DNA of 64,000 nt from an uncultured Gammaproteobacteria bacterium. Its GTDB lineage: Bacteria > Patescibacteriota > Microgenomatia > UBA10105 > UBA927. The notes below the pieces were generated by a model. It was not told the DNA's origin. It was given only the letters and a program-made list of their open reading frames with translations, and did not search any database. The stretch's first letter is position 1. The number at the start of each line of letters is the position of its first letter. Below are positions 30,129-40,937 of this stretch, in pieces. The position numbers were made by a program, and so were the translations under genes. The stretch spans positions 128,132 to 192,131 of the forward strand of contig CAYMYO010000001.1 of the NCBI GenBank assembly GCA_964394685.1. Reading direction: 5' to 3'.

Positions 30129-31514
30129 ATGTCGAGATTTTCAGGGAAAACAATTGCTATTGTCGGACTGTCCATTGAGGGGCGGGATACATTAGAATAT
30201 TTCCGTCAGAAGGATTGTACGCTTGTCTGTGTTGATCAACATGAAACAAAACAGCTTCAGGAACTGTCTGATACCTATGCCAAGGGTTCAATATCATTTT
30301 ACTTCGGAGATGACTACCTTCGGCATCTTACGAACGCAGATATTATTGTTTGTACCCCAGGAATGTCCCCGAGAACAAAAGCGCTCGTTACAGCCAAACA
30401 ACAAGGAGTTGAAGTTACCAGCGCGACGCAATTATTTTTTGAGTTATGCAAAGCTCCTATTATTGGCGTTACCGGAACAAAAGGAAAGGGAACAACAAGT
30501 ACGCTTATTTATGAAATGCTTAAAAAGAAATTTACGCGTGTCTATCTTGGTGGCAATGTGGGGAAACCGCTGCTTTCACAGATTGATACGATGACAGCTT
30601 CTGATTGGGTTGTGCTTGAGTTATCTTCTTTTCAACTTGAACATCTAAGTATAAGTCCACACATTGCTGTTGTTCTTCGGATTACCCAAGATCATTTAGC
30701 TAATTTTGACAAAAACGCAACAAATTTTCATCCTACGAGGGAAGCGTATGTAGAAGCCAAATCTCATATCGTTCGATACCAAAAATCAAACGATATCGTA
30801 ATTGTGAACGGAAATGATGAAACCGCAAAAAGTTTTGTTTCTTTAACTCCTGCGAGAATTTTTAGATTTAACCGTTACCAATCAGATGCAGATAGTTATG
30901 TAGATAACCACACAGTGTTTACTCATATTGGAAATGAAGTAAAACAAATTTGTACAAAAGAGCAAATTCATTTAAAGGGAGACCATAACCTCGAAAATAT
31001 TGCTGCAGCAACCTTAGCTGCACTCTCAGCCGGAGTGCCTTACGAAGATATTGTTGTTACGGCCAAGGATTTTCAGGGACTTGAACACCGGTTAGAATTT
31101 GTGCGGACTGTTCACGGGGTTTCCTACTACAACGATACTTTCTCAACCGTGCCGGAAACCACCATTGCCGCTATTGAATCATTTGATGAACCGAAGATTT
31201 TTATTCTCGGAGGTTCGGAAAAAATGTCTGATTTTACTGATATGGGAAAGAAAATTGCATCATCAAATGTGATTGGAGTAGTTGTTATTGGTCTAATGAC
31301 CGAGCGCATAACAACAGCTCTTCACGAAGCATCGTATAAAGGACAAATGATTACAGGGTGTACGAATATGCATGAGATTGTTGAAAAAGCATCATCAATC
31401 GCTTCTCCTGGATCGGTAGTACTCCTTAGTCCTGCGTGTGCTTCATTTGATATGTTTCATAACTATAAAGAACGAGGAACATTATTTAAACATGAAGTTC
31501 ACTCTCTTTCATAA
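30129..31514 (+). CDS. murD: UDP-MurNAc-L-Ala--D-glutamate ligase
   Basis: GVTGTKGKGTT, GGNVG, ELSSFQL, EHRLE, LLSPACASFDMF.NY.ERG. Confidence 0.95.
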   Translation: MSRFSGKTIAIVGLSIEGRDTLEYFRQKDCTLVCVDQHETKQLQELSDTYAKGSISFYFGDDYLRHLTNADIIVCTPGMSPRTKALVTAKQQGVEVTSATQLFFELCKAPIIGVTGTKGKGTTSTLIYEMLKKKFTRVYLGGNVGKPLLSQIDTMTASDWVVLELSSFQLEHLSISPHIAVVLRITQDHLANFDKNATNFHPTREAYVEAKSHIVRYQKSNDIVIVNGNDETAKSFVSLTPARIFRFNRYQSDADSYVDNHTVFTHIGNEVKQICTKEQIHLKGDHNLENIAAATLAALSAGVPYEDIVVTAKDFQGLEHRLEFVRTVHGVSYYNDTFSTVPETTIAAIESFDEPKIFILGGSEKMSDFTDMGKKIASSNVIGVVVIGLMTERITTALHEASYKGQMITGCTNMHEIVEKASSIASPGSVVLLSPACASFDMFHNYKERGTLFKHEVHSLS

Positions 31515-32586
31515 ATTAAACAAGCCTGATTATTGGCTTATCGGTACGATCGTGCCCCTGAGTTTTTTTGGACTTCTTATGGTATATAACTCCTCTGTTG
31601 CAATGGCAATACGGGATTTTGGGAATCAATATTATTATCTGCAGGAGCAAACGAAATGGTTAGTTTTGGGACTTATTATTTTTGTTATCTTTTCTTTTAT
31701 TGATTACAGGGTTTGGAAAAAAATCGCATTTCCGGTCATGATAGGAACCATTGTTCTTTTATGTATAGTACTTATTCCGGGAGTCGGCATTAAAGCGCTT
31801 GGAGCAAAACGCTGGATCAATTTGGGCTTTTTTGTTCTTCAACCGGCGGAATTTACCAAACTTGCTCTTATTATGTATTTATCGGCGTGGTTAACAGGAG
31901 CAAAAAAACAAAAGCTTTTTTCATTCCTTCTGCTTCTCGGTGTATTTGTTGGTCTTATCATGTTGGAACCCGATTTAGGGACAGCCATGATTATTACCTT
32001 GACTTCCCTGGCAATGTTCTTTTATAGCGGAGCGCCGCTTCAACTGTTTCTTCTCATTTTCCCCATTGTCGGTGTTGTAGCAACAGCTTTAGCAGTATTT
32101 TCTCCCTATCGATTTAGAAGGTTGTTGACATTTTTTAATCCCGAGAGCGATCCGTTAGGTGCATCCTATCACATCAGACAAGCAATTATTGCTATTGGCT
32201 CAGGAGGACTATTTGGATTAGGGCTTGGACAATCCCGTCAAAAATACGAATATCTGCCGGAGGCAAATACGGATTCAATATTCGCGATCATTGCAGAGGA
32301 ACTTGGATTTATCGGTTCTGTAGCCCTTATTTCAATATATCTTTTTATTTTATGGAGAGGATTTCGAATAGCACGGCGTATTGAAGATCCGTTTGGGAGA
32401 AATCTTGCTCTCGGAATCACAACTTGGATTGGAATTCAAATGCTTATTAATGTTTCTGCTATGGTGGCCTTAATTCCTTTAACAGGTGTCCCTCTTCCGT
32501 TTATATCGTATGGAGGGTCAAGTCTTATTATTATACTTGCAGCCTGTGGCATACTTGCCAATATTAGTCGTTTCGTACGAAAATAG
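31492..32586 (+). CDS. ftsW: SEDS peptidoglycan glycosyltransferase FtsW
   Basis: GAKRWI, QPAEF.K, EPDLG, YLPEANTDSIF..IAEELG, LPFISYGGSS. Confidence 0.9.
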   Translation: MKFTLFHKLNKPDYWLIGTIVPLSFFGLLMVYNSSVAMAIRDFGNQYYYLQEQTKWLVLGLIIFVIFSFIDYRVWKKIAFPVMIGTIVLLCIVLIPGVGIKALGAKRWINLGFFVLQPAEFTKLALIMYLSAWLTGAKKQKLFSFLLLLGVFVGLIMLEPDLGTAMIITLTSLAMFFYSGAPLQLFLLIFPIVGVVATALAVFSPYRFRRLLTFFNPESDPLGASYHIRQAIIAIGSGGLFGLGLGQSRQKYEYLPEANTDSIFAIIAEELGFIGSVALISIYLFILWRGFRIARRIEDPFGRNLALGITTWIGIQMLINVSAMVALIPLTGVPLPFISYGGSSLIIILAACGILANISRFVRK

Positions 32587-32590
32587 ACAT

Positions 32591-33670
32591 ATGGAGAGAA
32601 AAATAAAAATTTGTATTACCGGGGGACATCTCACACCGGCTCTTGCTGTTATTGATGAAATACAAAAAGTTCATCTTGATTGGGAGATCATGTTTATTGG
32701 GAGAATACAGGAATATAACGAAATAACTAAACGGCGAATCAAATTTTTTCCGATAGAAGCCGGAAAATTACAAAGAGATATTTCGGTTCAAACAATTATT
32801 TCCTTTGTAAAGATACCTTTTGGATTTATGCAATCGTTCTTCTGTGTTTTGAAAGAACGTCCCACCTGCATTCTTTCATTTGGTGGCTATATCAGTCTAC
32901 CGGTTGCTTTTTGCGGATGGTTATTTGGAATTCCGGTTATGACGCATGAACAAACCCATGTTCTTGGACTGGCAAATCGCCTTATGCTTCCGTTTGTGGA
33001 CGTATGTTTTTTATCGTACGAAGATACGAAATTCGTTTCAAAAGAAAAATCTAAATATACCGGTTTACCGATGCGACATGAAATTACGCATCCGTCAAAA
33101 ACGTTTTCCTTTTCAATTCCATCACACCTTCCAATTATATATATTACCGGAGGATCAACAGGAGCAGTGTCAATGAATGAGATATTGTTCCCAATTATTC
33201 AATCGCTTGCCGAAGGTGCTGTTGTCATTCATCAGACAGGAATACATTCTTTCGAGAAGGCAAAAATAGTTAAATTTGCGTTGCCCAAAAAATTCCGTTC
33301 GCGATATATTCCTCTTTCATATATTAGTGGTATTGATATCGGTTGGATCATGCATCACATGTCTTTGATTGTTGGAAGATCCGGAGGCAACACTGTTGCT
33401 GAAACAGCAATGGTGAATAAACCGGCAGTATTTATTCCTCTCCCTTGGTCTGCTCAACAGGAACAAGAGCAAAACGCGCGTTGGTATGAAAAAATTGGCA
33501 AAGCCTTTGTAGTAAATCAAGACAAAGATACAAGAGAGGATATACTAAAGAATATCAAATTATTTCTTCAAAAAAAACGAAAAAATATACCTATGACGGA
33601 ATTTATACATGACGGAACTGCAACTATCATAAAGCATATTGAACTTCTTGTAGCACATAATGAAAAGTAA
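32591..33670 (+). CDS. murG: Lipid II GlcNAc transferase MurG
   Basis: TGGHLTPA, FGGYIS.P, THEQ, TGGSTGA, GRSGGNTVAE, EQ..NA. Confidence 0.9.
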   Translation: MERKIKICITGGHLTPALAVIDEIQKVHLDWEIMFIGRIQEYNEITKRRIKFFPIEAGKLQRDISVQTIISFVKIPFGFMQSFFCVLKERPTCILSFGGYISLPVAFCGWLFGIPVMTHEQTHVLGLANRLMLPFVDVCFLSYEDTKFVSKEKSKYTGLPMRHEITHPSKTFSFSIPSHLPIIYITGGSTGAVSMNEILFPIIQSLAEGAVVIHQTGIHSFEKAKIVKFALPKKFRSRYIPLSYISGIDIGWIMHHMSLIVGRSGGNTVAETAMVNKPAVFIPLPWSAQQEQEQNARWYEKIGKAFVVNQDKDTREDILKNIKLFLQKKRKNIPMTEFIHDGTATIIKHIELLVAHNEK

Positions 33671-34352
33671 CCGTCGTTTTGTCGTAATTAGAATACTTCT
33701 CCTTTTGGTAAGTATCAGTGTATTAATTGGTGTCATAATTTTTTTTAAAATTGGAATCAACTTATTTCAAGTAAAAAATATTTTAGTGACAGGGGATTCG
33801 GCACAGCTTGAAATTAAGGAGTCGCTATTCGTAAATAACTTATTATTTTTCCCATCTGAGTCAGTTGTTCAAAAATTGAAACTCGATAATCCTTTGGTTA
33901 AGACGATCGAAATTAAAAAGAAATTTCCTTCAACGTTAGAATTTGTTATTTATAAAAGAACACCAATCGCTGAAATAGTAACCGATGGTATACATTTAGG
34001 AATTGATGAGGAATGTGTTATTACGGAGGCTGCTTTAAATAACTTTTTGCCAGTCATTACGATTACTATTCCGCTTGCCCGAATTGGAGCAACAGTGAAA
34101 CATCCAATGATTGTTCAAGCGATAGCTCTTATTAATAAGACTAAGGGATTTATCCAATGGTCATCAATCGAAACCTTTGAAACACAGTCAATACGGGCAA
34201 GATCCGGACAAACAGATATATTAATTACTCAATCAAGTGATTTGAATCAGATACGCGATACTTTACAAACGTTACTTGATGGGTTTAGAATAAAAGGAAC
34301 TATGCCAAAATCGATAGATCTTCGATTTGGTAAACCAGTAGTTCAATTTTAA
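33660..34352 (+). CDS. ftsQ: Cell division protein FtsQ/DivIB
   Basis: TM, POTRA-like KKKFPSTL, C-terminal IDLRF; lies between murG and ftsA. Confidence 0.75.
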   Translation: MKSNRRFVVIRILLLLVSISVLIGVIIFFKIGINLFQVKNILVTGDSAQLEIKESLFVNNLLFFPSESVVQKLKLDNPLVKTIEIKKKFPSTLEFVIYKRTPIAEIVTDGIHLGIDEECVITEAALNNFLPVITITIPLARIGATVKHPMIVQAIALINKTKGFIQWSSIETFETQSIRARSGQTDILITQSSDLNQIRDTLQTLLDGFRIKGTMPKSIDLRFGKPVVQF

Positions 34353-34354
34353 CT

Positions 34355-35668
34355 ATGGCACGAGATCGAATTGTAACAGGAATAGATATTGGAACTTCAA
34401 AAATAACTACCCTCATTGCCAGCGTTAATGATGATAGTTCAATTCGAGTAATAGGTGTGAGCACTGTTGCCAGCCGCGGGCTTCGCAAAGGGCAGATAGT
34501 AAATATAGAAGAAGCCACATCAGTTATTTCACAATCATTGGAAGCGGCTGAGCGAATGGCGGGCACATCAGTAGCAAGTGCCTATCTATTAACAGGAGGC
34601 AATCACATTGCATCGCTTAACTCTCATGGGGTGGTCGCTGTTGCTGAACCGGATAAAGAAATTACGGATAATGATGTAAAACGAGTCATTGATGCAGCAA
34701 AAGCAATCTCACTTCCTTCTTCTCGCGAGATTCTCCATATTATTCCAAGAGGATATCTTGTTGATGGACAAGAAGGAATTGTAGACCCTGTAAATATGAC
34801 CGGTGTTCGATTGGAAGTTGATACACATCTCATTACCGGAGGATCAATTGCGATTAGAAATCTCTATAAATGTGTTGAAGAATTGGGTGTAGAAGTAGAG
34901 TCTGTTATTTTTGGCGGTCTTGCGTCTTCCTATGCAACTTTATCAGACACAGAGAAAGAATTAGGAGTAGTACTTGTTGATATTGGTGGAGGGACAACAG
35001 ATGTAGCCATCTATGTAGATGGGGCAGTGTCCTACTCCTCTGTTATTCCAGTTGGTGCAATTAATATTACGAAAGATCTCGCAGCGGGCTTGAGAATTTC
35101 ACTCGAAAGCGCTGAAAAAATTAAGCTAGCCTTAGGACAAGTACCCAAAAATCCAGTGCTATCGGAAGACGAAATATTAGACAAAAATGGAAAAAACCTG
35201 CCTGCCGGCAGGCAGGGTGATGAAATAGACGTATCAGATTTAATGCTTCCTGAAGAAATGAAAACCATTTCTAGAAAAACACTTGTTGAAGGAATCGTAA
35301 AACCACGGTTAAATGAAATTTTTTCACTTGTTGGACTTGAAATCAAAAAAAGCGGATTTGGCGGCATGACGCCATCAGGAATTGTTCTCACTGGCGGTGG
35401 AGCTTTATCAGTTGGAGCAGTAGAATCAGCGCGAAGAAACCTGGCTATGTCAGTTCATGTTGGAATTCCAAAAAATATTTCAGGGCTTATTGATGAAATA
35501 ACAACACCAGCATACGCAGCAAGTGTAGGACTGCTCCTTTATGGAATAAAAGCGGATAGACATATCAGCACTCCCCTGTTTGGTAATATTGGTAAGATTG
35601 GAGATAGATTTGCTGTGAAGGGTATTGCAGGGAAGGTGATAAATCTGATAAAGTCATTCTTACCCTAG
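34355..35668 (+). CDS. ftsA: Cell division protein FtsA
   Basis: GIDIGTSKI, DIGGGTTD, AEKIK, VLTGGG; contains an in-frame LPAGRQG insert. Confidence 0.95.
   Translation: MARDRIVTGIDIGTSKITTLIASVNDDSSIRVIGVSTVASRGLRKGQIVNIEEATSVISQSLEAAERMAGTSVASAYLLTGGNHIASLNSHGVVAVAEPDKEITDNDVKRVIDAAKAISLPSSREILHIIPRGYLVDGQEGIVDPVNMTGVRLEVDTHLITGGSIAIRNLYKCVEELGVEVESVIFGGLASSYATLSDTEKELGVVLVDIGGGTTDVAIYVDGAVSYSSVIPVGAINITKDLAAGLRISLESAEKIKLALGQVPKNPVLSEDEILDKNGKNLPAGRQGDEIDVSDLMLPEEMKTISRKTLVEGIVKPRLNEIFSLVGLEIKKSGFGGMTPSGIVLTGGGALSVGAVESARRNLAMSVHVGIPKNISGLIDEITTPAYAASVGLLLYGIKADRHISTPLFGNIGKIGDRFAVKGIAGKVINLIKSFLP
35197..35216. repeat. Family-A perfect 20-bp palindrome inside ftsA
   Basis: CCTGCCTGCCGGCAGGCAGG is self-complementary and sits in an A-rich context. 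Confidence 0.85.
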
Positions 35669-35683
35669 AAATAATTACTTCTG

Positions 35684-35703
35684 CCTACCTGCCGGCAGGC
35701 AGG
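35684..35703. repeat. Family-A palindromic element in the ftsA-ftsZ spacer
   Basis: CCTACCTGCCGGCAGGCAGG, 1 mismatch to the ftsA copy. Confidence 0.85.
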
Positions 35704-35728
35704 TTCCTGTCCCTGAAGGAATACATAT

Positions 35729-36868
35729 ATGTTAATTAAGCCTGATATTGCACGGTTCGCAAAAATAAAAGTCGTTGGCCTCGGAGGCGGCGGAAGCAAT
35801 GCAGTAAACTCCATGATGCTCACAAACACCATTAAGGGTGTTGATTTTATTGCAGTGAACACTGACGCACAGGCGCTTCTCACAAATCAAGCACAAACAA
35901 AAGTACAAATCGGAGAAAATTTAACGCGCGGTCTTGGAGCCGGAGGTGATCCTGAAATAGGTCGACAAGCAGCTGAAGAATCAAGAGAAAAATTAAAAGA
36001 ATATTTACGGGATTGCGATATGGTTTTTATAACGTGCGGAGAAGGGGGTGGTACCGGCACCGGAGCAGCACCGATTATTGCTGAGATTGCCAAAGAACAG
36101 GGAGCACTCACTATTGCTGTGGTGACAAAACCGTTTCGATTTGAAGGAACGAGACGAATGATGACAGCTGAAGAAGGGATCATGAATTTAAAAAATAAAG
36201 TCGATACGCTTATTATTATTCCCAATCAACGGCTTTTGGAAGTTATCGATAAAAAAATGACGCTGATTGAGGCGTTCCGTGTAGCAGACTCAGTGCTTAC
36301 ACAGGGGGTTCAGGGAATTTCGGATCTTATTACCATGCCAGGGCTTATCAACGTTGACTTTGCAGACGTTCGAACGGTGATGACAAATGCCGGATCAGCC
36401 CTCATGGGAATGGGAACAGGAGTAGGGGAAAATAGAGCCGCAACGGCTGCCCGTACTGCGTTTACATCACCACTACTTGAATTATCTATTGAAGGAGCAA
36501 AAGGAGTACTCTTTAACATTATCGGTGGAAATGATTTGACCATGGCGGAAGTAGATGAAGCAGCAAAGCAAATAGCTGCACAAGTTGATCCTGATGCAAA
36601 TATTATTTTCGGAGCAACCATAGATGAATCAATGGTTGATCAAGTGAAAATAACGATTATCGCAACAGGATTTGATGAAACAAAAAGAAAACTTCGGGAG
36701 ATGACAGCCAATCGACAACAAACACAGACAACATTTGCGCAACCATTTATCCGTCAACCGGTTCAAACGCAAGCAAATGGTGATAAAACAGTGCTTCCTG
36801 TTGCTGAGGATATCCCACCAGAAGAAGACGAATTCGACATTCCCGCATTTCTTCGTCAAAGGAATTAA
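35729..36868 (+). CDS. ftsZ: Cell division protein FtsZ
   Basis: GGGTGTG tubulin motif, INVDFADV, C-terminal DIPAFLR. Confidence 0.98.
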   Translation: MLIKPDIARFAKIKVVGLGGGGSNAVNSMMLTNTIKGVDFIAVNTDAQALLTNQAQTKVQIGENLTRGLGAGGDPEIGRQAAEESREKLKEYLRDCDMVFITCGEGGGTGTGAAPIIAEIAKEQGALTIAVVTKPFRFEGTRRMMTAEEGIMNLKNKVDTLIIIPNQRLLEVIDKKMTLIEAFRVADSVLTQGVQGISDLITMPGLINVDFADVRTVMTNAGSALMGMGTGVGENRAATAARTAFTSPLLELSIEGAKGVLFNIIGGNDLTMAEVDEAAKQIAAQVDPDANIIFGATIDESMVDQVKITIIATGFDETKRKLREMTANRQQTQTTFAQPFIRQPVQTQANGDKTVLPVAEDIPPEEDEFDIPAFLRQRN

Positions 36869-36871
36869 TGT

Positions 36872-37417
36872 ATGAAAAATAAAAAAAAAGACAATTTTTT
36901 ACAGGTTGCACAATTGGGACAACCACTGTTACGCAAACAGGCGAAAGAAATTCAAAAAATTACTCCAGATATTCAGCAATTAGCTGGAGATTTAATAGCA
37001 ACACTTATGGATGTGAATGGTGTTGGTATTGCAGCGCCACAAGTGTATGAATCAGTAAGACTTTTCATACTAGCTTCCCACCCAAATCCTCGGTATCCGA
37101 ATGCACCGAATATGAAACCAACTGCAGTAATTAATCCAAAAATCCTTTCTTTTTCAAAAGAAACAGCAAAAGACTGGGAAGGTTGCTTGAGCGTACCTGG
37201 TATACGTGCTCTTGTTCCAAGATCAACAATAATTACAACTGAATATACGACAATATCAGGGAAAATTGTGAAAAAAAGATATAAGGATTTTATCGCTCGG
37301 ATATTCCAACATGAATATGATCATTTAGAAGGGAAAGTATTTTTAGACAGAATCGAAAGTACAAAAGATATTATTACAGATAAAGAGTATTTGAAAATAA
37401 TTGCAAAAAAAGCCTAG
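36872..37417 (+). CDS. def: Peptide deformylase
   Basis: GVGIAAPQ, EGCLS, QHEYDHLEG. Confidence 0.95.
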   Translation: MKNKKKDNFLQVAQLGQPLLRKQAKEIQKITPDIQQLAGDLIATLMDVNGVGIAAPQVYESVRLFILASHPNPRYPNAPNMKPTAVINPKILSFSKETAKDWEGCLSVPGIRALVPRSTIITTEYTTISGKIVKKRYKDFIARIFQHEYDHLEGKVFLDRIESTKDIITDKEYLKIIAKKA

Positions 37418-37436
37418 GATTTCTTCTAGCATTTCA

Positions 37437-37494
37437 ATTGGTTTCCTTGGGGAAGATTGAAGCTAAACGATAGCCCTGTCCTATAAATCCCCGC
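37437..37494. repeat. 58-bp direct repeat, copy 1 (pairs with 40938-40995)
   Basis: 50/58 identical to 40938-40995 by manual ungapped alignment. Confidence 0.85.
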
Positions 37495-38286
37495 TTAAAT
37501 ACTTCTTGAATACGGTCCAAATGAACGAATTACGTAATCCCATAAGGCAGAAAGTGCTCCATGTTCTTTTCTCCTATAATGTTCATATAATGTCTTAGGC
37601 AGCCTTACTAATTCATAAATTTTAACCTTAATTGGAGCCATCCGTTCAACAAATAACATATGGTTACGTGCGAGATAGTATTGATGTGCAGCAGAACCAA
37701 CTCCAACAATCGCCGTATGATAATGCGTTATCCCTTTACGTGGAGTGGCTATTATAGGGAATCCAGCATGATGAGCTCGAACTGAATAATCGGCATCTTC
37801 GTAGTACATAAAATAAGGTTCATAAAAATAACCAATTTTAGCTACAACATCTTTGTGAATTGATAAACATGAACCAGATATATACTCTGGATTATTTTGA
37901 ATTGAGCTATTTTTTTCATTAACTATTGTTGTCCATCGTTTTTTATCAAAAATACCACCAAAAGGTCCTATGATTGATGGACGCATATGCTTAAGTGTTT
38001 TATTTAAGTCAGTTAATGCTTGCTTTGATAAAGACAAATCTTGATTAAGAATAGTTATCCATAAAGCTCCATTTTCAAAAGCTATTCTCATTCCAACATT
38101 CACTCCTCCACCAAAGCCACAATTTTTCTCGTTATTGATGGTAGTAATGTTTTCCTTTTTTATTTTTAATGGGGTTTTTATATCATTATTAATAAGTAAA
38201 AACTTTTGTCTCTTAAGACTTTTAAGAAGCTTTGATAATACAATTATATTTGGTTTAAATATTGGAATAATAAAATAATGAATCAT
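37495..38286 (-). CDS. Glycosyltransferase family 2
   Basis: NCGFGGGVN, ILNQD, YFMYYEDADY, YYLARN. Confidence 0.8.
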   Translation of the reverse strand: MIHYFIIPIFKPNIIVLSKLLKSLKRQKFLLINNDIKTPLKIKKENITTINNEKNCGFGGGVNVGMRIAFENGALWITILNQDLSLSKQALTDLNKTLKHMRPSIIGPFGGIFDKKRWTTIVNEKNSSIQNNPEYISGSCLSIHKDVVAKIGYFYEPYFMYYEDADYSVRAHHAGFPIIATPRKGITHYHTAIVGVGSAAHQYYLARNHMLFVERMAPIKVKIYELVRLPKTLYEHYRRKEHGALSALWDYVIRSFGPYSRSI

Positions 38287-38335
38287 ATATTTATTATTTG
38301 ATAGTAACGTTTCTATTTTTATCAAGACCTGATTT

Positions 38336-39505
38336 CTATTTCATCATGTCTTCTATATATTTTTCTAATCTTATAGTTGCACTATCCCATGTCCAATAAG
38401 GTAAAATGGAATTTCTTGATTGTTTCGCGATTTTACCGTATAAAGAATGATCAGTTAGTAATATATTTACGGCTTTTGCAAGACTTCGTTCGTCTCTTTC
38501 AACCAATAAGCCATTTATTCCATCTGTCACAATATCTCTGTATCCACCTTCTTTAACAGCAATAACAGGTGTTCCGCATGCCATAGCTTCGAGTGCAGAT
38601 AACCCAAGAGTTTCTAGATGAGCGCCGCAAATAACAATTTTTGCTTTATTATATAAACTGACCATATCTTCATCAGGTACTCTAGATACAATCTTTAATG
38701 TAACCTTCTTACTTAAAGCATACTGTTCTAAATAGACTTTTCGATCTAAATTGATACCACCACTCGATATGATTAATTTTGGTCTTCCCTTTGTTTTTAA
38801 TAACGCAAGGGAGTCTATAATGAATTCGTGCCCTTTGTGAATAGATAAATTTCCGACGCTAAAGACATAATCCTCTTTACTTACTCCAAGATGTCTAAAT
38901 AGCTTCATATCAACACCAAGATGACAAATGGACGCATATACACCGTAAGCACGATAAACGGATTCCTTAGATGAGTACGAGTTAACCAAGATTTTATCCA
39001 TCTTTCTTGCGTTCTTAAGATCATTTTGTTTTCTCCAATTGTCCGACAGCCTAAGCAATATTGTTTGAATGCTACATCCTTTTTCTTTTAATGGGTTAAG
39101 GTTGTATTCATAATAAATTCTCCACGGTTCTTGGCAATAATATATAGACTTACATTTCAAATAATGACTTAGAAATGGAGTTTGAATATATGTATCGTGA
39201 GATACAAACACTAAATCATACTTTCGTTTGTTTATATCGTCAGCTATTTTTCTATGGATACTTTGAAGTTTTATAAATAAGTTATAATCCTCCTCTAAGC
39301 GTAACAGTGGTCCACCTTTTATAACAGATAATTTATTGACGTTATAAACGTATTTTTTTTTGAAGTAACTATTTTGAATTGTTGCATCACTTAATGTGTA
39401 GAGATCTAAGTTATATTTTAAAGTTAATCTCTTTGAAAATTCCTCTATCGTTTTTAGTCCACCTCCAGGTGGCAGATTATGATAAAACGCAATTTTTTTC
39501 TGCAT
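38336..39505 (-). CDS. Glycosyltransferase family 4
   Basis: YHNLPPGGG, HKG, ETLGLSALEAMACGTP. Confidence 0.85.
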   Translation of the reverse strand: MQKKIAFYHNLPPGGGLKTIEEFSKRLTLKYNLDLYTLSDATIQNSYFKKKYVYNVNKLSVIKGGPLLRLEEDYNLFIKLQSIHRKIADDINKRKYDLVFVSHDTYIQTPFLSHYLKCKSIYYCQEPWRIYYEYNLNPLKEKGCSIQTILLRLSDNWRKQNDLKNARKMDKILVNSYSSKESVYRAYGVYASICHLGVDMKLFRHLGVSKEDYVFSVGNLSIHKGHEFIIDSLALLKTKGRPKLIISSGGINLDRKVYLEQYALSKKVTLKIVSRVPDEDMVSLYNKAKIVICGAHLETLGLSALEAMACGTPVIAVKEGGYRDIVTDGINGLLVERDERSLAKAVNILLTDHSLYGKIAKQSRNSILPYWTWDSATIRLEKYIEDMMK

Positions 39506-39524
39506 AAATGATGTTAGGAATCGA

Positions 39525-40772
39525 TTACGATAATATCGTACGTCTATTTTCTAAGAAATATGCAATTCCCAGTATAGTAAATAATAGAAATTCACTAACT
39601 ACCGTTATATAACTTGAAGCTATATATCCATATTTTGGTATAAATAATAGATTTAAAATAAAATTCAATATTAAGGAAACGCTAAGACCAATGATAATTA
39701 TGGAAATTTTCTTATTTATTAAGAAATAGTAATATATAATATTATCGATACAAAGGAGTGGAACAGTAAAGATAAGAATTCTAAGGCTGCTAGCACTGTT
39801 TACAAATTCTTTTCCAGCAAAAATATTTACAACAATTGGAGCGAAGATATAGCCCATAATCACCACTATAAGTGAAAATATAATTGAAATCCAAAGCGAG
39901 CTCCGTAATAGATAATTAAATTGTGTTTTATTATTCTTTGAGCTAGCTAATAGTGGATACACACTTGCCATATAGAATGCCCAAAGTATAATGATATTTT
40001 CAAATAGTTTATATGAGAAGCTATATATTCCCACATCTGAGGCTGACTTCATTACCGACAGCATAAGGGTATCAACCTTAAAGCTTAAAGTTGCCAATAA
40101 CGATGCCACACCAATAGGGAAGGATACTTTAATTATCTTCTTAATTAAATCCAACGATGGAACAGTGGATAAGTGAAAATATGTTGGCGTTAAATATATG
40201 TTCAATAATGTGTTAACTATATTTCCAATTAAAACAGATAAAATAATTGCGTTTAACCCCAAATGCAACAAAATTACTATAATAATTGCAAGTATAGTTA
40301 CAATTCGATTAATTACGTCTAACAATGCTACCAGATCAAGCTTAACTTGCGCCTGAAGTACAGAGGCTCCATAACCATTTATCTGCCCAACTCCTACAGC
40401 AATAGAACCAATAAGAATTGTCATTTTAATTGTTTGTGAGTATGGAAAAAAGATTAATACTATAAGTGATAACAAGACTGAAATAATCGTAAAGATTACT
40501 TTCAGGGAAAAATAGGTGGATTTAAGTTTATCTGACGTTACAGAATTACCAGATAAATCTCGAACGAGAGTAAGTTGAAGTCCAAAATCAGCAAATATAC
40601 CAAAAAAAGCCAGATATGCGAAAACAAGATTATATACACCATATTGGGCAACACCTAAATATCTAGTTAAAAGACCTACCATCAGCAAACCAAGGACGAC
40701 AGTTGTAGCTTTTGCGAATATTTGGCTAGATGTATTAATGAATATCCGTCTGAATATCTGATTTTTTTCCAT
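39525..40772 (-). CDS. Wzx-type polysaccharide flippase
   Basis: RYLG..YG.Y, ADFGL, VDTLML, VGIYS, LN..LIPKYG..AS; about 12 TM. Confidence 0.85.
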   Translation of the reverse strand: MEKNQIFRRIFINTSSQIFAKATTVVLGLLMVGLLTRYLGVAQYGVYNLVFAYLAFFGIFADFGLQLTLVRDLSGNSVTSDKLKSTYFSLKVIFTIISVLLSLIVLIFFPYSQTIKMTILIGSIAVGVGQINGYGASVLQAQVKLDLVALLDVINRIVTILAIIIVILLHLGLNAIILSVLIGNIVNTLLNIYLTPTYFHLSTVPSLDLIKKIIKVSFPIGVASLLATLSFKVDTLMLSVMKSASDVGIYSFSYKLFENIIILWAFYMASVYPLLASSKNNKTQFNYLLRSSLWISIIFSLIVVIMGYIFAPIVVNIFAGKEFVNSASSLRILIFTVPLLCIDNIIYYYFLINKKISIIIIGLSVSLILNFILNLLFIPKYGYIASSYITVVSEFLLFTILGIAYFLENRRTILS

Positions 40773-40937
40773 GTTAATGTGCTTAGAGTATCATATTTTT
40801 CAGCTGGATGGTATTAATTGCTATAAATTACTTTAAAGAAAGTGAATTGGATTTATTGCCAATTACTTCAATCAATTTGCTTCAGACGTAATTCTCTGTT
40901 ATCTTTTAGGTGAAGGCTTAAAAATGTATTGATTCTC

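Noticed and set aside
35684-35703. Rho-independent terminator after ftsA
   Set aside because: No U-tract follows, and near-identical copies occur inside ORFs, so it is treated as a repeat; an mRNA-stability effect is not excluded.
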